Source: Candidatus Uhrbacteria bacterium
Lineage (GTDB): Bacteria; Patescibacteriota; Patescibacteriia; UBA9934
Length of the DNA: 64,000 nucleotides
Reading direction: 5' to 3'
NCBI GenBank assembly: GCA_963822405.1
Contig: CAWGHH010000001.1
Coordinates: 293,373 to 357,372 of the forward strand
Below are positions 1-9,910 of this stretch, one piece after another. The notes below the pieces were generated by a model. It did no database searches. It saw nothing but the letters and a program-made list of their open reading frames with translations, and had not been told where the DNA came from. The stretch's first letter is position 1. The number at the start of each line of letters is the position of its first letter. A program made the position numbers and the translations under genes.

Positions 1-1
1 G

Positions 2-1225
2 CTATTTTAGTCTAAGCGAGTTGAGTCGGCCGGATGCGTCAGAGAAAAATAGCATGTCAAGGGCGGGGGAGACAGAAAGGCTCGACATCTGGGTGTTTAC
101 AGCTGGAGTAGCTACAAGTGACGTTTTAAGTGTGCTCAAATCAACTTTGTACAAGTTGTCGAAGGCCGTAATGAGTGATGGTGCAGAACCGCCGCCGGCT
201 GGCATGGATGTTGGCACGGCGCAGTAGAGGAAATCACTGGTGGCAAACGTACATTTTGAGGCGAGTGTCATGAGTGGAATCTGTTTGCGGGTAGCTGTTT
301 TTTGATCGCCATCTTTATCTGCGTACCAAAGTGTTGCTTTATAGTCTTGGCCAGCGTCTGCGACCGAGTAAATCAAGTGAGCCGAATCCGGTGCCCACTT
401 AGGTGAAAAGTTCGAGCCAGTTACAAAGAGCACGCCGGCGTCTTTGCCGTCTTTGCCAATGAGATACACGCTGTTCTGGCCAAAGGTACTTGAGGCAGTT
501 GATCCTGTGGCTGAGAAGCCAACTATGTTCCCGTCAGGCGACATGTTCACGCTCACTTTATCCTGGTTCGTCCCAAGCGCGGCAATTGGGGTAGCCGATG
601 AACCGTCGGCCGAGGTAATGACTAGAGCACGAGCGGAAGGATCAGTAGCGATGCTTTTAGTTGCAATAGTGCTGCCGTCTTGGGAGAAGGAGAATCCTTC
701 CCAGTGCGCCGGTAGAGTTGATTGGGTAGCTGTATCAAAGTTATAGACCACGTTTGAACCGTCTGGAAACTCGATAGCGGCAATCGTTCCAGCGGCATCA
801 AAGGTTACGCCCGAGGCAGATGGAAACTTAGCGTCAGACATGGCTTTAGCGTTCCCGTTCGCGTCGATTGTGTAGAATTTCCCGTCGCCTGGATCGTAAT
901 ATGAAACGTTGCCGTTAGCCGTGACTGTTGGTGACTTAACTGCGCTCGTGGTCAGCGTAGTTGTCGAAGTAACTCCGCCTTGAGCAATTGCGGAGATCGG
1001 CAATCCACCTGGTCCAGTTGGCGTAGTCACGCTACCTGGGACAAACGGAGTCCCGGCGCCAGCACTTGGCAGGCCGCCGGCAACTTGTGTTGGACCAGGT
1101 TCTTGGCTAATAGGCACTACGCTTGGCTTGGCTCTAAAAAATAGGAAGTACATTCCAGCGCCAATGGCTATAGTTACTACCCCAAGGAGTAGGAGTCTGA
1201 CGATCATTTGATTGCGTTCGTTCAT
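2..1225 (-). CDS. membrane-anchored TolB/PD40-like beta-propeller repeat protein (C-terminus beyond window start; partial)
   Basis: 407-aa ORF. N-terminal hydrophobic helix (LLLLGVVTIAIGAGMYFLFF), Pro/Gly-rich linker, then repeated blade-like segments (SPDGNIVGF, APDSAHLIYS, SQDGSTIA). No stop before coordinate 2. Confidence 0.45.
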   Translation of the reverse strand: MNERNQMIVRLLLLGVVTIAIGAGMYFLFFRAKPSVVPISQEPGPTQVAGGLPSAGAGTPFVPGSVTTPTGPGGLPISAIAQGGVTSTTTLTTSAVKSPTVTANGNVSYYDPGDGKFYTIDANGNAKAMSDAKFPSASGVTFDAAGTIAAIEFPDGSNVVYNFDTATQSTLPAHWEGFSFSQDGSTIATKSIATDPSARALVITSADGSSATPIAALGTNQDKVSVNMSPDGNIVGFSATGSTASSTFGQNSVYLIGKDGKDAGVLFVTGSNFSPKWAPDSAHLIYSVADAGQDYKATLWYADKDGDQKTATRKQIPLMTLASKCTFATSDFLYCAVPTSMPAGGGSAPSLITAFDNLYKVDLSTLKTSLVATPAVNTQMSSLSVSPALDMLFFSDASGRLNSLRLK

Positions 1226-1246
1226 AGGAGATTTGGTGGCGGTTTA

Positions 1247-2170
1247 TCAACCGAATAGAGCAAAAATCGAACCTGAATAGTAGATGCCGTAGGCTAGAGC
1301 CGTGAGGAGGATGAAACCAAGGGCGCCTATAGTAATAAAAACCGGTACTGTAACAAGAAGCGTAAATGCGAGATCGGCGGTATCAACAATTTGTGAGATT
1401 GTGCCGAAAAGTACATACGGAGGAAGTGCGATATCAATTGCCTTGTTGGCCGTGTAGCTCGCCGCATCACCAGCTGACGTTCCTACGTTGGTAGCCGGAG
1501 GAATTAGTATGGTTCGTCCAAAGCGTGCGTACTTATAAGCAATGTCTGTTGCTGTCCCGATGCCTAAATCAGTTTCTAGGGCAGCTCCTTCGGTAACATC
1601 GGCCAGTGCGCCGGCTCCATCAGCACCCCATCTGACAGCAAATTGCATTGCTTCGGTTTTTGCTTTTTCCGCTAGCGCGTTTGCAGCTTTGTCGGCCATT
1701 TTTTGTTTGGCGCCACGAATGGGACCGAGTTGGGAAACGTCAGTGTCTAGGCTTTGTTGTCTCAGCTGATCCTCGGCCAATCTGTATGTCATGTCTTGTT
1801 CGCGTGCTTCTTCACTTGAGCCGTATTCTCTAAAAGTATCGCGACTAGTAGCGCTTTGGATCATCCGCTGACGTTCGGCCGCTGCCCACCCGGCTTGATC
1901 TGAAAGCCCAGCCATATGCGAGCCTCCGCCCCCTCCGCCCGCCTCTTCTATTTGATCTCCCTCAATGTCTTCGAGCTCTGCTCCTCGGGAGAATGTGCTG
2001 TCTGCCATTAGTGAAGCGCCCAGCATAGCTGCTCGAACATTTTTTGTGGCAGCGCCGGACATTTTGCTTAATATGGATGGCTCTGCGCGTTTTGCGGCAT
2101 TTTTATCTTGACGCAAATTAGCCGCGGCATTTTGCGGATTAAAAGTTTGCGCTGTGGCAGTGGCTGCCAT
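1247..2170 (-). CDS. hypothetical membrane protein (Gly-rich middle, C-terminal TM helices)
   Basis: 307-aa ORF. GGGGGGS stretch. Two C-terminal hydrophobic helices (LLVTVPVFITIGALGFILLTALAYGIYY). Tightly spaced with neighbouring minus-strand genes. Confidence 0.35.
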   Translation of the reverse strand: MAATATAQTFNPQNAAANLRQDKNAAKRAEPSILSKMSGAATKNVRAAMLGASLMADSTFSRGAELEDIEGDQIEEAGGGGGGSHMAGLSDQAGWAAAERQRMIQSATSRDTFREYGSSEEAREQDMTYRLAEDQLRQQSLDTDVSQLGPIRGAKQKMADKAANALAEKAKTEAMQFAVRWGADGAGALADVTEGAALETDLGIGTATDIAYKYARFGRTILIPPATNVGTSAGDAASYTANKAIDIALPPYVLFGTISQIVDTADLAFTLLVTVPVFITIGALGFILLTALAYGIYYSGSIFALFG

Positions 2171-2193
2171 ATGCGCTTAAGTATACCAGAAAC

Positions 2194-4491
2194 CTACAGC
2201 ACCTCTACGCTTTTCTTCCCGGCACGAACTCGATAATTTCTTGTCTTCTTTCCAATATTGCTTAGCACTTTGTCAGCCAATGGTCGTTCAATAGATTCGG
2301 CGATAACTCGTCTAACATCACGTGCGCCAAATTTAGGGTTTACGGATTTGACCAGTTGTTCAAGCGCTTTTGTATCAGCTTTTAGTGAGATTCCGCGGTT
2401 TTTTAGGCGAGCCTCCAGTTCCTTGATTTCGCGGACGGCAATCTTCTGCATGTCGACGAGCGTCAGAGAGCTGAACAGACAGACGCGATCAATGCGGTTC
2501 AAGAATTCGGCTTTGAAGCTATCTTCAAGAACCGCGCGCATGTCAGTTTTTTCTTTGATAGCTTTGCCAGTGAAGCCTACGGCGCCACGCTCGAATAATT
2601 CTCGACCAGCATTTGAGGTCATGATGATGACAGTATTGCGGAAGTTCACGGGTGTTCCTGTGGCATCGGTAATTGTTCCTTCGTCGAGTATCTGAAGTAG
2701 GAGATGATGAATATCGGCGTGAGCTTTTTCAAGCTCGTCAAATAAAACCACGGAATATGGCCTGGCTTTGACCGCGTCAGTTAATCGCGCGGTTTCGCGG
2801 TAACCAATATAGCCAGGGGGAGAGCCAATAAGTTTGCTGGCACTAAAGCTTTCCGTATATTCGCCCATGTCTAATCTGATCAAGGCCTTTTCATCTTCAA
2901 AAACTTCTGCCGCCACTGCTTTGGCCATTTCGGTTTTACCAACTCCGGAGGGGCCGACGAACATGAATGACGCCAGCGGTCTATCAGTTCTTTGAAAACC
3001 AAGCTTAGCGCGAATAATACTGGAGGCCACGGCCTCTACTGCCTCGGTCTGTGCAAGGACTCGGTTTGCAAGTCTGGCTTTAAGTGTTTTTAGTTTGTCG
3101 CCATCGTCGGACTCGAGCCGTTCAAGCGGGACGCCGGTAACTGTTGCTGCAACTCGCCGTACATCGTCAGTTGTAATGTCGAGTTTTTTGGTTCGGTACG
3201 CGCTACCAACCTCGTCCAGCAGATCAATCGCTTTGTCTGGAAAAGCTTTGTGCGGGAAATATCGGCCAGAGATTTCGACTATAGTCGCAAAGGCTTCTTT
3301 GGCAAATTTTACGCCGTGATGCTTGGCGTAGGCGGGTGCTAGGCCAGCCAGAATCAGTTTGGTTTCTTCGGCTGATGGTTCACGCACAGTAATGGCGGCA
3401 AACCGGCGGGAAAGTGCGCCGTCATCTTCAATGTGCTTTTTGAACTCTTCGCGCGTGGTTGCGCCAATAACGCGAATCTCACCGCGAGCAAGCGCCGGTT
3501 TCATGATGTTCGCTGCGTCCATAGCGCCACTGCCCGAACCTGCGCCGACCAGCGTATGCAGTTCGTCAATAAACAAAACAGTATTTTTTGCTTCTTTCAA
3601 ATCTTCAATCACGTCATGTAATCGTTCTTCAAAGTCGCCTCTGTACATGGCACCGGCCAGCAAAGCCGCCATGTCTAGCATGTAAATTTTTGTGTCTTTG
3701 AGTGCGGTCGGAGCGGTGCCGTCAACAATTCGCTTGGCTAGTCCCTCGACAATAGCTGTTTTGCCAACCCCCGGGTCACCAAGCAAGAGGGGATTATTTT
3801 TTGATTTGCGGGATAAGATGCGAGCGAGTCTATCAATCTCGATGTCGCGACCAATCAATGCGTCGATTTTTTTGACGTGGTCGGCGTGAGTGAGCTCGAC
3901 GCTAAAAAACTGGAGAGCGTTTTGTTCATTTTTCGGCACTTCGTCATGAACATGTCCACATTCTGCGCACGGTTTGGACGCCTCTTTTTGTGCCTCTCTT
4001 GTGCCAATTGGTCTAGTTTCGGCGGGCAAAGCAGGGGCGCGAGTTTGTCTGAAAATATCCGCCAACGCTTCTTCGATTGACGCTGTTTCTACACCAGCTT
4101 GGTCGAGTAATGTGGTGATTGTATGCGGTCGAAGGGCAAGAATTCCGTAAAGCAAATGTTCCGTACTGACAATTTGATGATCGTGCAGATTTGCAGTCAG
4201 CATCGCTTTTTCCATGGCCGCTTTCGCCTCGATTGATAAAAATGGACGTTTTGCTTTGTCTGGTATGCCGAAGGCTGAAGTTCTGCTTGGCTTTTTGAGT
4301 GACTCGATAACTTCTACGTCCAGCCCAGACTTTTTTAGAAGTTCCGCGCCTAAACAGCCTTCTTCCGTGCCAATCGCCCAAAACAAATGCTCAGGCGTAA
4401 TTGCTTCGCTTCCTTCCTCTATAACAAGCGTCAACGCTCTAGTGAGCGCTGCGTTTAGATGAGGCGAAAATTTATCTACAAGTTCAGGCAT
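2194..4491 (-). CDS. clpC: ClpC/ClpA-family AAA+ chaperone ATPase (two nucleotide-binding domains, Clp_N repeats)
   Basis: 765 aa. N-terminal Clp_N-like repeat (PEHLFWAI...). First Walker [19 protein letters not shown], second Walker [20 protein letters not shown]. No long ClpB middle coiled coil. Confidence 0.85.
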   Translation of the reverse strand: MPELVDKFSPHLNAALTRALTLVIEEGSEAITPEHLFWAIGTEEGCLGAELLKKSGLDVEVIESLKKPSRTSAFGIPDKAKRPFLSIEAKAAMEKAMLTANLHDHQIVSTEHLLYGILALRPHTITTLLDQAGVETASIEEALADIFRQTRAPALPAETRPIGTREAQKEASKPCAECGHVHDEVPKNEQNALQFFSVELTHADHVKKIDALIGRDIEIDRLARILSRKSKNNPLLLGDPGVGKTAIVEGLAKRIVDGTAPTALKDTKIYMLDMAALLAGAMYRGDFEERLHDVIEDLKEAKNTVLFIDELHTLVGAGSGSGAMDAANIMKPALARGEIRVIGATTREEFKKHIEDDGALSRRFAAITVREPSAEETKLILAGLAPAYAKHHGVKFAKEAFATIVEISGRYFPHKAFPDKAIDLLDEVGSAYRTKKLDITTDDVRRVAATVTGVPLERLESDDGDKLKTLKARLANRVLAQTEAVEAVASSIIRAKLGFQRTDRPLASFMFVGPSGVGKTEMAKAVAAEVFEDEKALIRLDMGEYTESFSASKLIGSPPGYIGYRETARLTDAVKARPYSVVLFDELEKAHADIHHLLLQILDEGTITDATGTPVNFRNTVIIMTSNAGRELFERGAVGFTGKAIKEKTDMRAVLEDSFKAEFLNRIDRVCLFSSLTLVDMQKIAVREIKELEARLKNRGISLKADTKALEQLVKSVNPKFGARDVRRVIAESIERPLADKVLSNIGKKTRNYRVRAGKKSVEVL

Positions 4492-4494
4492 AGG

Positions 4495-5361
4495 CTAACC
4501 TCCCATTTCTCTTAGGCGTTTAACTCTTTCGGCGACCGGTGGGTGAGTGGCGAACAAGGCTGATACTTTATTGCCAAACGGATTAGCGATGAACAAGTGA
4601 GCGGTAGCTCGATTGGCCTTTTCCATTGGGATGTTTGCACCGGAGATTTTTTCGAGCGCACTCGCGAGTCCTTCTGGGAATCTCGTAAGTAGCGCACCGG
4701 ACGCGTCGGCGAGATACTCGCGTTGTCGTGAAACTGCGAGCTGGATGATCTGTGCGAGGATCGGCGAGAGAATTGAGAGCACAATGCCGATAATTATAAA
4801 GGCAATCATTCCGTCATTTTTCTTGCCACCAAATCTGGCGTGCAAGAAGATATTACTCATGAGCATGATGGCGCCGACGAGCACAACGACAATCGTCATC
4901 ACGCGCAAATCATAGTTTTTGACGTGCGAGAGTTCATGCGCCGCTACGCCTTCTAGTTCTTGCTTGTCGAGAATAGCGAGGAGACCTGTTGTGAACGCAA
5001 TCGACGCTGTCTTTGGATCACGACCAGTCGCAAACGCGTTCGGCGAGGCTTCGTCCATGATGTAGACCTTTGGCATCGGTACGCCGTCTGCTATACAGAG
5101 GTTTTCGACAATGTTCCAAATCTCCGGCGCATCACTTTTCTGAATTTGCTTAGCGCCGTTTACCGCTAGCGCAATCTTGTCAGAAAAGTAATAGCTAAAG
5201 AGGGAATAGAAAGTAGCAAACACCGTCCCAATGACAATCGACGATCCCGCATCAACGTCATTCGCGGCTCCAAAGACTACACTCAAAAGCACGATCACCG
5301 CGCAGGCGATGGCAATCAGAAGCCAAGTTTTTCGCTTGTTCGCGGTGATTTGTGAATACAT
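4495..5361 (-). CDS. htpX: HtpX-like M48 zinc metalloprotease
   Basis: 288 aa. HEXXH motif AAHELSHVKNYD. Multiple TM helices. Typical HtpX layout. Confidence 0.8.
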   Translation of the reverse strand: MYSQITANKRKTWLLIAIACAVIVLLSVVFGAANDVDAGSSIVIGTVFATFYSLFSYYFSDKIALAVNGAKQIQKSDAPEIWNIVENLCIADGVPMPKVYIMDEASPNAFATGRDPKTASIAFTTGLLAILDKQELEGVAAHELSHVKNYDLRVMTIVVVLVGAIMLMSNIFLHARFGGKKNDGMIAFIIIGIVLSILSPILAQIIQLAVSRQREYLADASGALLTRFPEGLASALEKISGANIPMEKANRATAHLFIANPFGNKVSALFATHPPVAERVKRLREMGG

Positions 5362-5362
5362 A

Positions 5363-5977
5363 CTAGAATTTTACTTCAGGAACAGCATTCGCCTCATCTG
5401 GTGCATCGTAGAAATCGTATTTCTTGAAGCCGAGGGAATTGGCAATCATGTTGTTTGGGAAAACGGCGATCTTTATGTTGAAATCCCGAACCTGGCCATT
5501 GTAGAAACGGCGGGAGGCCTGGATCTTGTCTTCGGTGTCGACGAGCTCGGTCTGTAACTGGCGGAAATTGTCATTAGCCTTCAAATCTGGATAGCTTTCA
5601 GCTACGGCGAACAAGGACTTCAAGGTGTTCGTCAGCATGCCTTCAGCCTTAGCGTGTTCCGCTGGGGTTGAAGCTTGCATGGCCTGTGAACGAGCCTCTG
5701 TTACTTTAGTGAAAACAGAATCTTCATGTTGAGCGTAGCCTTTGACGGTATTTACGAGGTTCGGGATCAAGTCATAGCGACGCTTGAGCTGAACTTCAAT
5801 GTCCCCAAGTGCTTCTTCAACTCTCGTTTTGAGCGTGATCAAACCGTTATACACGGCCATTAGCCAAAAACCGATCGCTACGAGCACCAAGACGATGATA
5901 GGTAAGAACATCATATCTTTGCTTTGAAGATTAAAGAGTATTAGCATTACTGTAGTATCCTTTGACCATCTATGCAA
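5363..5977 (-). CDS. lemA: LemA family protein
   Basis: 204 aa. N-terminal TM helix followed by YNGLITLKTRVEEALGDIEVQLKRRYDLIPNLV, a classic LemA signature. 2-bp spacing to htpX downstream. Confidence 0.8.
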   Translation of the reverse strand: MHRWSKDTTVMLILFNLQSKDMMFLPIIVLVLVAIGFWLMAVYNGLITLKTRVEEALGDIEVQLKRRYDLIPNLVNTVKGYAQHEDSVFTKVTEARSQAMQASTPAEHAKAEGMLTNTLKSLFAVAESYPDLKANDNFRQLQTELVDTEDKIQASRRFYNGQVRDFNIKIAVFPNNMIANSLGFKKYDFYDAPDEANAVPEVKF

Positions 5978-7306
5978 CTACCAGAACATATTTTCAAGGC
6001 TAACGATATTCGCGGTTTGCTTGAGGAGGTAACGCCGGAGATTGCTTATCTAGCTGGGCGAGCAATTGTGCGTAAGACTGGCGCAAAAACGGTCGTAGTT
6101 GGTCGCGACATGCGGTCGACGAGTGAATCTTTGCAGTCTGAGGCTATTCGAGGCATTAAAAGCATGGGTGCGAACGTCATTAACATCGGTTTGACGACTA
6201 CGAGCGTGTTCAATTTTGCAACGTCGAGCATGGGCAAGGTCGATGCCGGCCTAATGGTGACCGCTTCGCATAATCCTGCGGAGTATAACGGTATAAAATT
6301 TGCTGACGGCACTGGTTTGCCGATTCCTGGACCGGCAATTCTCGACGAAATCAACAAAGATAATGAAAAAGTGCACGCCGAGGGCTTAGTGACGGATCAC
6401 GACATTATTGAGGAGTATGTCGAGTTCTGTGTTCGTAACGCGCACTTGTCAGACGTGAAAGGAATGAAGATCGCTGTTGATTACGGAAACGGCATGGGTT
6501 CTATCGCGCTTCGGCCTCTAGCATTTAGGCTCGGCATTGAGCTCACCGAACTTTACGCAGATCCTGACGCACGGTTTCCGAATCATGAAGCGAACCCGAA
6601 CAAGCGCGAGACATTAGCTGACATCGAGAGACTCCTCGCTGGCGGTGAATTTGCATTCGGGGTTGCGCTTGACGGTGACGCTGACCGAATCGGATTCCTC
6701 GATAACATCGGTGCGCCATTGCGAGGTGACGAGGTGCTCGCGCTATTCGCCGCCGACGAACTTGAAAGAAATCCCGGCGCAACAATTATTTATCAACCAA
6801 ACCACACCTGGGCCACGCTCGACGCCATTAATGAACACGGCGGAAAAGGCGTTTTGCGACAAATCGGTCGTACTCGTGTGGTCGAGGGTATGCGTACGGA
6901 ACACGCCCGCTTGGGCGGGGAAGTCTCCAGTCATTTCTTCTTCGCCGAAACCGCTGGCCTCGAGTCTGTCGATTTCGCGTTTTGTAGAATGATCTCAATC
7001 ATTGCGAAAGCAAAAAAACCACTCCACGAAATCTCTGCTCCTCTTCGTAAATATTCAAACAGTTGGGAAGTGAATTTCGAGGTTCACGACAAAGTCGCAG
7101 TGACAAAGCGTGTCGAAGACGCTTTTCTCTCTCAGGCCACGAGCGTCAACAGACTCGACGGCATCCGTTGCGAGTTCGGTCGCGACTGGTGGTTCATCCT
7201 CCGCGCCTCAAACACTGAGCCATTATTGCGTCTCATCGTCGAAGCGACGAGCAGAGAACTGATGGAGAGTAAGAGGGACGAATTAGCTCGAATCATCGCT
7301 ATCTAG
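5972..7306 (+). CDS. phosphomannomutase/phosphoglucomutase family (alpha-D-phosphohexomutase)
   Basis: 444 aa. Active-site phosphoserine loop TASHNPAEYNGIKF. Metal-binding loop DGDADR. Confidence 0.8.
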   Translation: MQLPEHIFKANDIRGLLEEVTPEIAYLAGRAIVRKTGAKTVVVGRDMRSTSESLQSEAIRGIKSMGANVINIGLTTTSVFNFATSSMGKVDAGLMVTASHNPAEYNGIKFADGTGLPIPGPAILDEINKDNEKVHAEGLVTDHDIIEEYVEFCVRNAHLSDVKGMKIAVDYGNGMGSIALRPLAFRLGIELTELYADPDARFPNHEANPNKRETLADIERLLAGGEFAFGVALDGDADRIGFLDNIGAPLRGDEVLALFAADELERNPGATIIYQPNHTWATLDAINEHGGKGVLRQIGRTRVVEGMRTEHARLGGEVSSHFFFAETAGLESVDFAFCRMISIIAKAKKPLHEISAPLRKYSNSWEVNFEVHDKVAVTKRVEDAFLSQATSVNRLDGIRCEFGRDWWFILRASNTEPLLRLIVEATSRELMESKRDELARIIAI

Positions 7307-7321
7307 TACAATCTCTCCATT

Positions 7322-8404
7322 ATGTTGCTCACCATTTTTATTTTTCTTTTAGTTCTTTCTTTGCTTGTTGTTGTTCATGAGCTTGGCCACTATATTGCGG
7401 CGCGGCAGATGGGGATGGATGTGGAGGAGTTTGGGTTTGGTTTTCCGCCACGGTTGTTTGGGCGGAAGGATAAGAATGGCATGATGTGGAGCGTAAACTT
7501 GATTCCGCTTGGTGGTTTTGTGAAGCTAAAGGGTGAGAATGGCGAGAACAGACATGAGACTGGAGCCTTTGCACATAAGAGCATTCCGGCACGTCTGTAT
7601 GTTTTGTTCGCTGGCGTAATCATGAACTTTTTGTTAGCCTGGGTTTTATTCTCGGCCGGTTTTTTGTTCGGCCTCCCGTCAATTATTGAGGGAATAAATT
7701 TTAAGTCGGCCATTATTTCTAATCGCGCCGTGAACGTGATGCAGGTTCTCCCGGATTCGCCAGCGGCTCAAGCGGGAATTGCTGAGGGGGATCAGCTAGT
7801 TACAGTCGACGGCCAAATTTATTCTACCGGTGAAGAAACTCGCACAGCCTTGGCGCCACATGCGGACGGTTCGCCGATTGCCATCACTTTCAAGCATGAC
7901 GGAAAACTTGTTCGCGCTGACATGGTTCCAGAATTTAATGCAGAGGCTGACAAGGCAATCATCGGCGTCGCTTTAGTTGAAACCGGAACCGTTCGCTTTC
8001 CGTTTTACATCGCGCCAATCAAAGGACTTGAGACAACAGCTGGCATGAGTTATGACGTAGTTGGCGCTTTTGCTGGCTTGATTGCCGGCGTATTCCAGCA
8101 TAAGAACGTGGCAGCCGAACTATCTGGTCCAATTGGTATTGCTAATTTAACTGGTCAAGTCGCTCGCCTGGGCTTCTGGCATTTGGTCCAGTTTGCAGCC
8201 ATGTTGTCAGTAAACCTCATGGTTTTGAACGCCTTACCGTTCCCCGCGCTTGATGGTGGCCGAGCCCTGTTTGTCGCCATTGAAGGCATCCGCCGAAAGC
8301 CAAACAGCCTTCAGTTTGAACAAGCTGCCCACACTATTGGCTTTGCGTTGTTGATCTTGCTGGTATTGTTTGTTACATATAAAGATATTGTGAAGTTATT
8401 TTAG
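7322..8404 (+). CDS. rseP: RseP-like site-2 protease (M50 family, PDZ domain)
   Basis: 360 aa. HEXXH in the first TM segment (VVVHELGHYIAARQMG). PDZ-like middle segment. C-terminal TM helices. Confidence 0.8.
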   Translation: MLLTIFIFLLVLSLLVVVHELGHYIAARQMGMDVEEFGFGFPPRLFGRKDKNGMMWSVNLIPLGGFVKLKGENGENRHETGAFAHKSIPARLYVLFAGVIMNFLLAWVLFSAGFLFGLPSIIEGINFKSAIISNRAVNVMQVLPDSPAAQAGIAEGDQLVTVDGQIYSTGEETRTALAPHADGSPIAITFKHDGKLVRADMVPEFNAEADKAIIGVALVETGTVRFPFYIAPIKGLETTAGMSYDVVGAFAGLIAGVFQHKNVAAELSGPIGIANLTGQVARLGFWHLVQFAAMLSVNLMVLNALPFPALDGGRALFVAIEGIRRKPNSLQFEQAAHTIGFALLILLVLFVTYKDIVKLF

Positions 8405-8427
8405 GGTGTAGGGTGTAGCGTGTAGGA
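8402..8427. repeat. left inverted repeat of GT-rich element (TAGGGTGTAGGGTGTAGCGTGTAGG); TAG stops in all three frames; includes the rseP stop codon
   Basis: The reverse complement CCTACACGCTACACCCTA is an exact 18-mer match to the right-end copy at 12841-12858. TAG occurs at offsets 0, 7, 14 and 21. Confidence 0.7.
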
Positions 8428-8437
8428 AGAAGGGAGT

Positions 8438-8848
8438 ATGAAAATACAATCGTACGAAGATCTTGAAGTGTGGAAAAAGTCGATGGATCTCGTCGAGAAG
8501 ATTTATTTGATTACTAAGATGTTTCCGACGGATGAGCGGTTTGGGTTGATCTCGCAGATGCAACGAGCCGCCGTTTCAATTCCAAGTAACATTGCTGAAG
8601 GTTATCGACGTCGAGGAAGAGGGGACTATCTTAAATTTCTTGGGTACGCATATGGTTCGGGAGCTGAGCTAGAAACGCAACTCGAAATTTCCTTTAGATT
8701 GAAGTACTGTATGGAGGCTCGATACACAGAGACAAAATCTTTGCTAACAGAAGTCATGAAAATGTTTAATGTCATGATGTGGCGTCTTGAATCCACCCGC
8801 CCATCTGCGACACCCTACACCCCACGCCCTACCCCCTATGATAAATAA
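8438..8848 (+). CDS. four-helix-bundle protein (TIGR02436 / 23S rRNA intervening-sequence protein family)
   Basis: 136 aa. LEVWKKSMDLVEKIYLITKMFPTDERFGLISQMQRAAVSIPSNIAEGYRRRGRGDYLKFLGYAYGSGAELETQL is the hallmark of the IVS-type four-helix-bundle family. Flanked by inverted GT-rich repeats. Confidence 0.8.
   Translation: MKIQSYEDLEVWKKSMDLVEKIYLITKMFPTDERFGLISQMQRAAVSIPSNIAEGYRRRGRGDYLKFLGYAYGSGAELETQLEISFRLKYCMEARYTETKSLLTEVMKMFNVMMWRLESTRPSATPYTPRPTPYDK
8812..8840. repeat. right inverted repeat of GT-rich element (CGACACCCTACACCCCACGCCCTACCCCCTATG), ending in the pheS ATG
   Basis: CA-rich complement of the left repeat. Near-identical copies at 12828-12860 and 38426-38459. The terminal ATG at 8838-8840 starts pheS. 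Confidence 0.7.
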
Positions 8849-9908
8849 ATTACAAGAACTTGAAACCGAATGTCTCAAAGCCTTCTCGACTATCTCGACG
8901 GCGGCCGAACTTGAAACTACTCGCGTAGCTTTTCTTGGTCGAAAGGGCCGGCTCGCCGACATCATGGCTGACTTGCCAACTTTGTCGCCGGACGAAAAAC
9001 GGGCTGCTGGTCAGAAGGCTAATGAAGTGAAGTCCGCAATAGAAGGCGCGTTTGAAGCTGCAAAAGCCAGACTCGACGCGGCTGAATCTGCATCACGTGC
9101 TGAAAAAGAATGGCTCGACATCTCACTTCCTGGAACCGAACCAGCCGTTGGCCATCTTCACATTACAAGTCAGGCGATAGAAGACATTTCCGATATTTTT
9201 TCGCGCATCGGTTTCGTCAGAGCTCGACATCCAGAAATCGATTGGGATTATTACGCGTTCGAATCTCTCAACATGCCAAAGGATCATCCAGCGCGTGATG
9301 ATTGGGAAACTTTTTTCGTCGAGGGTGAAAATGGGAAGGTTGCGGAAGGCGAAAAGGGTAAAATCGTTCTTACCCCTCATACCAGCAATGCCCAGGTGCG
9401 AGAAATGGAAAAGGGTCAGTTGCCAATCCGCATGATTAACATCGGTAAATGCTACCGCCGACAATCTGATACTCGACATCTTTCCATGTTCCACCAATTC
9501 GAAGGTTTAGTGATCGACAAGACCGCGACTGTGGTCGAGCTCAAGGGCGTTTGCGACTACTTCGCAAAGCAATTTTTCGGTGAAGGCAGGGTAACCCGCC
9601 TACGTCCGTATCATTTCCGTTTCACCGAACCCAGTTTCGAACTCGACATCTCCTGCGGCATGTGCGCGGGAACCGGTTTGGTCGCTGGTGTGAAATGCAA
9701 ACTCTGCAAAGCCGGTTGGCTTGAACTCGGCGGGGCCGGCATGGTGCATCCGAACGTTCTCAAGGCTGGCGGACTTGATCCAAAAGAATACCAAGGCTTC
9801 GCCTTCGGCTGGGGCGTCGAGCGTACCGCTATGATGCGTTCCGGTTTGAACATCGACGATATCCGCATTATGTATAGAAATGACCTGAAGTTCCTTGAAC
9901 AGTTTTAA
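8838..9908 (+). CDS. pheS: phenylalanine--tRNA ligase alpha subunit
   Basis: ORF-track 8787-9908. The likely true start is MINKLQELE at 8838, with the upstream extension lying in the repeat. Class II synthetase core (FRFTEPSFE, GWGVERTAMM, MYRNDLKFL). Confidence 0.85.
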   Translation: MINKLQELETECLKAFSTISTAAELETTRVAFLGRKGRLADIMADLPTLSPDEKRAAGQKANEVKSAIEGAFEAAKARLDAAESASRAEKEWLDISLPGTEPAVGHLHITSQAIEDISDIFSRIGFVRARHPEIDWDYYAFESLNMPKDHPARDDWETFFVEGENGKVAEGEKGKIVLTPHTSNAQVREMEKGQLPIRMINIGKCYRRQSDTRHLSMFHQFEGLVIDKTATVVELKGVCDYFAKQFFGEGRVTRLRPYHFRFTEPSFELDISCGMCAGTGLVAGVKCKLCKAGWLELGGAGMVHPNVLKAGGLDPKEYQGFAFGWGVERTAMMRSGLNIDDIRIMYRNDLKFLEQF

Positions 9909-9910
9909 AT

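Noticed and set aside
8787-8837. N-terminal extensions of pheS (MNPPAHLRHPTPHALPPM), the small protein at 12810-12857, and thrS at 38361-38456
   Set aside because: The extensions are translations of the CA-rich repeat. Conserved protein sequence begins at the ATG that ends each repeat.
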